DNA from: Dendrobates tinctorius
Taxonomy: Eukaryota
Length of the DNA stretch: 64,000 nt
Assembly: GCF_039654945.1 (NCBI RefSeq)
Contig: NW_027362117.1
Coordinates: 682,001 to 746,000, forward strand
Direction of reading: 5' to 3'
Below are positions 57,680-64,000 of this stretch, piece after piece (position 1 is the first letter of the stretch; each line of letters begins with the position of its first letter). The position numbers were made by a program, and so were the translations under genes. The notes under the pieces are model-generated. The model was not told where the DNA came from. It did no database searches and saw nothing but the letters and a program-made list of their open reading frames with translations.

Positions 57680-59250
57680 GAGGGCCCTGGTGGCCCATGG
57701 AGCTTGTTACTGGTGGGTGCTGGAGGCCCCTGGAGCTGGTGGCCCCTGGAACTGGTTACTGGTGGCCCCTGGAGCTGGTTACTGGTGGGTCCTGGTTACT
57801 GGTGGCCCCTGGAGCTGGTTACTGGTGGGCCCTGGTTACTGGTGGCCCCTGGAGCTGGCTCCTGGTGGGTGTTAGAGGCCCCTGGAGCTGGTTACTGGTG
57901 GCCCCTGGAGCTGGTTACTGGTGGGCCCTGGTTACTGGTGGCCCCTGGAGCTTGCTCCTGGTGGGTGCTAGAGGCCCCTGGAGCTGGTTACTAGTGGCCC
58001 CTGGAGCTGGTTACTGGTGGGCCCTGGTTACTGGTGGCCCCTGGAGCTGGTTACTGGTGGGCCCTGGTTACTGGTGGCCCCTGGAGCTGGTTACTGGTGG
58101 GCCCTGGTTACTGGTGGCCCCTGGAGCTGGTTACTGGTGGGTCCTGGTTACTGGTGGCCCCTGGAGCTGGTTACTGGTGGGCCCTGGTTACTGGTGGCCC
58201 CTGGAGCTGGCTCCTGGTGGGTGCTAGAGGCCCCTGGAGCTGGTTACTGGTGGCCCCTGGAGCTGGTTACTGGTGGGTGCTGGTTACTGGTGGCCCCTGG
58301 AGCTGGCTCCTGGTGGGCCCTGGTTACTGGTGGCCCCTGGAGCTGGTTACTGGTGGGTCCTGGTTACTGGTGGCCCCTGGAGCTGGCTCCTGGTGGGTGC
58401 TAGAGGCCCCTGGAGCTGGTTACTGGTGGCCCCTGGAGCTGGTTACTGGTGGGTGCTGGTTACTGGTGGCCCCTGGAGCTGGCTCCTGGTGGGTGCTAGA
58501 GGCCCCTGGAGCTGGTTACTGGTGGCCCCTGGAGCTGGTTACTGGTGGGTGCTGGTTACTGGTGGCCCCTGGAGCTGGCTCCTGGTGGGTGCTAGAGGCC
58601 CCTGGAGCTGGTTACTGGTGGCCCCTGGAGCTGGCTCCTGGTGGGTGCTAGAGGCCCCTGGAGCTGGCTCCTGGTGGCCCCTGGAGCTGGTTACTGGTGG
58701 GTCCTGGTTACTGGTGGCCCCTGGAGCTGGCTCCTGGTGGCCCCTGGAGCTGGTTACTGGTGGGTGCTGGTTACTGGTGGCCCCTGGAGCTGGCTCCTGG
58801 TGGGCCCTGGTTACTGGTGGCCCCTGGAGCTGGTTACTGGTGGGCCCTGGTTACTGGTGGCCCCTGGAGCTGGTTACTGGTGGGTCCTGGTTACTGGTGG
58901 CCCCTGGAGCTGGTTACTGGTGGCCCCTGGAGCTGGTTACTGGTGGGTGCTGGTTACTGGTGGCCCCTGGAGCTGGCTCCTGGTGGGCCCTGGTTACTGG
59001 TGGCCCCTGGAGCTGGTTACTGGTGGGCCCTGGTTACTGGTGGCCCCTGGAGCTGGTTACTGGTGGGTCCTGGTTACTGGTGGCCCCTGGAGCTGGTTAC
59101 TGGTGGGCCCTGGTTACTGGTGGCCCCTGGAGCTGGCTCCTGGTGGGTGCTAGAGGCCCCTGGAGCTGGTTACTGGTGGCCCCTGGAGCTGGTTACTGGT
59201 GGGCCCTGGTTACTAGTGGCCCCTGGAGCTGGTTACTAGTGGCCCCTGGC
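57680..59250. repeat. Compound minisatellite (GGTGGCCCCTGGAGCTGGTTACT and variants)
   Basis: Mosaic of 17-23-bp modules. Confidence 0.95.
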
Positions 59251-59556
59251 TCCGCAGTCCCACACTGGGCCTGACCATTGTCGCTTACACTCTATACTGA
59301 GGGAGGAGGTGAGATGGCGGCGGGAGGGGATGAGGGGGGTCGCGCTCCTCTGCTGCGCGTCCTGGTGGAGGAGGAGGAGGAGGAGGAGGAGTCGGGGAGG
59401 CCCCGCCCCTGCCGCCGCCGCTCTCACCCTCCGCCCCTGCCGCCGCCGCTCTCACCCTCCGCCCCTGCCGCCGCCGCCGCTCTCACCCTCCGCCCCTGCC
59501 GCCGCCGCCGCTCTCATCCTCCGCCGCTGTCGGTGTCTCCTCGGTCTCTCGCCGTC

Positions 59557-60048
59557 ATGGGTCTGGGCCGCCATAAACTCGTCGTCTTGGTGCTGCTCTT
59601 GTCCCTGTCCATCCTGATCTACCTGCTTCTCCCCTCCGCCAGGCCGGAGCCAGAGGAGCCCAGAGCGGAGGTCGCCCGCGCTGAGCCCCAGGACAGCGTG
59701 AACTTCACGGTGCGGACGGCGACCCTCACCGGGGACTGGCCCACCTTCTACAGGGAGGCCGCACCTAGGAGCGTGCTGGAGGGGGCCGCGCCGGAGAGGT
59801 AGCAGCACGGGGGTCCGTGGGCGGTCAGGGGGCTGCAGATCCATCGCGACTATCTTTCCCTTTAGGCGCCGTTCACACGTGTGTGTCCTGCGGTTTCCGT
59901 ATTGTTGGTTCTGACCTGTCGCTGATTTCCAGGTTCCCGGTGCTGCTGTTGCACGGACGCTCCTTCACATCCAAGACCTGGGAAGAGCTGGGGACGCTGC
60001 AGATCCTGTCCGAGCACGGATACCGGGCCACCGCCATCGACTTACCAG
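59557..60048 (+). CDS. ABHD14A: ABHD14A, 5' part (exons 59557-59798 and 59933-60048); an in-frame upstream ATG at 59314 is possible; gene continues beyond the window
   Basis: N-terminal TM anchor [19 protein letters not shown]; PTFYRE; [37 protein letters not shown]; head-to-head with ABHD14B as in other vertebrates. Confidence 0.9.
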
Positions 60049-60104
60049 GTGACTGCGCCCCGGGCTCCAGCGGGTCCAGGTCCTCCGTCACTGAGCGCCA
60101 CGCT

Positions 60105-63100
60105 GCGGGATGCACCGTCCGCGTACTGCGGGATGTACCGTGTGCACGCTCCTTGTACTGCGGGATGTACCGTGTGCACGCTCCATGTACTGCGGGATGT
60201 ACCGTGTGCACGCTCCTTGTACTGCGGGATGTACCGTGTGCACGCTCCTTGTACTGCGGGATGTACCGTGTGCACGCTCCTTGTACTGCGGGATGTACCG
60301 TGTGCACGCTCCTTGTACTGCGGGATGTACCGTGTGCACGCTCCTTGTACTGCGGGATGTACCGTGTGCACGCTCCTTGTACTGCGGGATGTGCCGTGTG
60401 CACGCTCCTTGTACTGCGGGATGTACCGTGTGCACGCGCCTTGTACTGCGGGATGTACCGTGTGCACGCTCCTTGTACTGCGGGATGTACCGTGTGCACG
60501 CTCCTTGTACTGCGGGATGTACCGTGTGCACGCTCCTTGTACTGCGGGATGTGCCGTGTGCACGCTCCTTGTACTGCGGGATGTACCGTGTGCACGCTCC
60601 TTGTACTGCGGGATGTACCGTGTGCACGCTCCTTGTACTGCGGGATGTACCGTGTGCACGCTCCTTGTACTGCGGGATGTGCCGTGTGCACGCTCCTTGT
60701 ACTGCGGGATGTACCGTGTGCACGCTCCTTGTACTGCGGGATGTGCCGTGTGCACGCTCCTTGTACTGCGGGATGTGCCGTGTGCACGCTCCTTGTACTG
60801 CGGGATGTGCCGTGTGCACGCTCCTTGTACTGCGGGATGTGCCGTGTGCACGCTCCTTGTACTGCGGGATGTGCCGTGTGCACGCTCCATGTACTGCGGG
60901 ATGTGCCGTGTGCACGCTCCATGTACTGCGGGATGTACCGTGTGCACGCTCCATGTACTGCGGGATGTGCCGTGTGCACGCTCCATGTACTGCGGGATGT
61001 GCCGTGTGCACGCTCCTTGTACTGCGGGATGTACCGTGTGCACGCTCCTTGTACTGCGGGATGTGCCGTGTGCACGCTCCTTGTACTGCGGGATGTGCCG
61101 TGTGCACGCTCCTTGTACTGCGGGATGTACCGTGTGCACGCTCCTTGTACTGCGGGATGTACCGTGTGCACGCTCCTTGTACTGCGGGATGTGCCGTGTG
61201 CACGCTCCATGTACTGCGGGATGTGCCGTGTGCACGCTCCTTGTACTGCGGGATGTACCGTGTGCACGCTCCATGTACTGCGGGATGTGCCGTGTGCACG
61301 CTCCTTGTAATGCGGGATGTACCGTGTGCACGCTCCTTGTACTGCGGGATGTGCCGTGTGCACGCTCCTTGTACTGCGGGATGTGCCGTGTGCACGCTCC
61401 TTGTACTGCGGGATGTACCGTGTGCACGCTCCTTGTACTGCGGGATGTACCGTGTGCACGCTCCTTGTACTGCGGGATGTACCGTGTGCACGCTCCATGT
61501 ACTGCGGGATGTGCCGTGTGCACGCTCCTTGTACTGCGGGATGTGCCGTGTGCACGCTCCTTGTACTGCGGGATGTACCGTGTGCACGCTCCTTGTACTG
61601 CGGGATGTACCGTGTGCACGCTCCTTGTACTGCGGGATGTGCCGTGTGCACGCTCCTTGTACTGCGGGATGTGCCGTGTGCACGCTCCTTGTACTGCGGG
61701 ATGTGCCGTGTGCACGCTCCTTGTACTGCGGGATGTGCCGTGTGCACGCTCCATGTACTGCGGGATGTGCCGTGTGCACGCTCCATGTACTGCGGGTTGT
61801 GCCGTGTGCACGCTCCATGTACTGCGGGATGTGCCGTGTGCACGCTCCATGTACTGCGGGATGTGCCGTGTGCACGCTCCTTGTACTGCGGGATGTGCCG
61901 TGTGCACGCTCCTTGTACTGCGGGATGTGCCGTGTGCACTAGGGTGACCGGATCTCATATGGGGGGGGAAAAAATGTCAGAATCTTGTTCGTCTGGACCC
62001 CACAAAACGATTCCCCTTTCCAGATATTGAGAGAGCCAAAATTTGAGCTCGATCAAATGACGTTAACCCGTGCCGCTCGTCGCTCAAAGTTTGAAAAAAT
62101 CCAAATTGAGGTATTTTAAGATTCAGGTATTTTGCATAGTCTGTTAGACTATAAAGAATGTGACAACAACATTGCAGAAATAGCCCTGACCAAATTTTCG
62201 AACCATTTGTGGTATTTGAATGCAGAGTTGGTGGGATTATCGTTTTTTGATCCCACCATTACAGACAATGAAAAGTTGTTAATGGCTAATAAATTGCTCA
62301 GTAGCACAGATGAACCATCAGAGCACGCTAACCTACACGAGTTGATAATTTTACATAGTTATCTAATCTATTCTAGAGCTTTTGTTAAAGTGGTTTTTGA
62401 AACGTCAGAATATAATGCTCGGCATTTGCTTACAACTTGCAGGACATATTGCTTTTGTTCTTCATCTTTTGTCAGAAGGTCGTTAAAGTCGGCTACTTCC
62501 TACCTCTTTTAATTTTTCTTTCCTAACTTTTGGATTTACAACCCTAGCGTGCTCTGATGGTTCATCTGTGCTACTGAGCAATTTATTAGCCATTAACAAC
62601 TTTTCATTGTCTGTAATGGTGGGGTCAAAAAACGATAATCCCACCAACTCTGCATTCAAATACCACAAATGGTTCGAAAATTTGGTCAGGGCTATTTCTG
62701 CAATGTTGTTGTCACATTCTTTATAGTCTAACAGACTATGCAAAATACCTAAATCTTAAAATACCTCAATTTGGATTTTTTCAAACTTTGAGCGACGAGC
62801 GGCACGGGTTAACGTCGTTTGATCGAGCTCAAATTTTGGCTCTCTCAATATCTAGAAAGGGGAATCGTTTTGTGGGGTCCAGACGGACAAAATTCCGACT
62901 TCGATTTTTTGCGGTCACCCTAGTGCGCACGCTCCGCGTACTGCGGGATGTTCCGTGTGCACGCTCTGGGTACTGCGGGATGTACTGTGTGCACGCTCCG
63001 GGTACTGCGGGATGTACCGTGTGCACGCTCTGGGTACTGCGGGATGTACTGTGTGCACGCTCCGCGTACTGCGGGATGTACTGTGTGCACGCTCCGGGTA

Positions 63101-63565
63101 CTGCGGGATGTACCGTGTGCACGCTCCGCGTACTGCGGGATGTACTGTGTGCACGCTCCACGTACTGCGGGATGTACCGTGTGCATGCTCCGCGTACTGC
63201 GGGATGTGCCGTGTGCACGCTCCTTGTACTGCGGGATGTGCCGTGTGCACGCTTCACGTACTGCGAGATGCACCGTGTGCACGTACTGCGGGATGTACCG
63301 TGTGCACGTACTGCGGGATGTACCGTGTGCACGCTCCGCGTACTGCGGGATGTATCGTGTGCACGCTCCGCGTACTGCGGGATGTACCGTGTGCACGCTC
63401 CGCGTACTGCGGGATGTACCGTGTGCACGCGCCGCGTACTGCGGGATGTACCGTGTGCACGCGCCGCGTACTGCGGGATGTACCGTGTGCACGCGCCGCG
63501 TACTGCGGGATGTACCGTGTGCACGCGCCGCGTACTGCGGGATGTACCGTGTGCACGCTCCATGT
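60105..63565. repeat. 30-bp minisatellite (GTACTGCGGGATGTACCGTGTGCACGCTCC-type) interrupted by the hATm element
   Basis: Tandem units on both sides of 61940-62922. Confidence 0.97.
61940..62922. mobile_element. Non-autonomous hATm-like DNA transposon with a 341-bp internal inverted duplication
   Basis: TIR TAGGGTGACCG; 8-bp TSD GTGTGCAC/GTGCGCAC; transposase-like fragments NHLWYLNAELVGLSFFD (both arms) and TKDEEQKQYVLQVV (spacer, minus strand). Confidence 0.85.
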
Positions 63566-63569
63566 GTGG

Positions 63570-64000
63570 CGGGGATGCACCTTCCTCGCATTGCGGGGAT
63601 GGGCGCTGCTCGCGTTGCGGTGCGCCTTCCTCGTGTTGCGGGGGTGCGCGCTCGTGTTGCGGGGGTCCACCTTCCTTACGTTGTGGGGCTGTGTGTTCGT
63701 GTTGCGGGGGTGCGCCCTCGTGTTGCGGGGGGCACGCTCGTGTTGCGAGGGGTGCGCGCTCGTGTTGCGGGGGGCGCCTTTCTCGTGTTGCGGGGGTGCG
63801 CGCTCGTGTTGCGGGGGTCCACCTTCCTTGCGTTGTGGGGCTGTGTGTTCGTGTTGCGGGGGTCTGCCTTCCTTGCGTTGCGGGGGTGCGCCCTCGTGTT
63901 GCGGGGGGGTGCGCTTGTGTTGCGGGGGGCGCGCTCGTGTTGCGGGGGTGCGCGCTCGTGTTGCGGGGGGTGCGCGCTCGTGTTGCGGGGGTGCGCGCTC
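63570..64000. repeat. About 22-bp CpG-rich minisatellite (CTCGTGTTGCGGGGGTGCGCG)
   Basis: Degenerate tandem units running to the window end. Confidence 0.9.

Noticed and set aside
57677-59274. Trp/Gly-rich ORFs (similar ones at 12171-13603 and 46053-47597)
   Set aside because: Minisatellite translations
59817-61958. Cys-rich, metallothionein-like ORFs continuing from an ABHD14A exon
   Set aside because: A canonical donor at 60049 ends the exon; the rest is a 30-bp minisatellite

Overview
Vertebrate genomic DNA, most likely an anuran (frog), judging from its V-SINE, T2/Kolobok and Harbinger MITEs and the 86-bp satellite. The window holds four spliced genes from the block syntenic with human 3p21.2. 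RRP9 (minus, 11 coding exons 8635->239) runs off the left edge. PARP3 (plus, 10 coding exons 26499-43410, about 547 aa) is complete with its H-Y-E triad. ABHD14B (minus, 3 coding exons 49146->44460, 210 aa) is complete. ABHD14A (plus) shows its first two coding exons and runs off the right edge. Nearly all long ORFs in the supplied track are artefacts of stop-free minisatellites; about 18 tandem arrays fill introns and promoter regions. Mobile elements include a full-length but decayed Tf1/sushi-type chromovirus (49377-55638, TSD GTGCA) with a self-priming PBS, a PEG10-like GGGAAAC frameshift site and a nested SINE. There is also a young hATm-type fold-back element with transposase sequence in both arms (61940-62922), a minisatellite-carrying hAT element, a hAT remnant with a nested Penelope-like insertion, a Tc1 remnant, a solo LTR, and trains of Harbinger and Kolobok MITEs. 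I found no convincing wholly new gene system. The strongest leads are the transposon and minisatellite architectures listed under findings.
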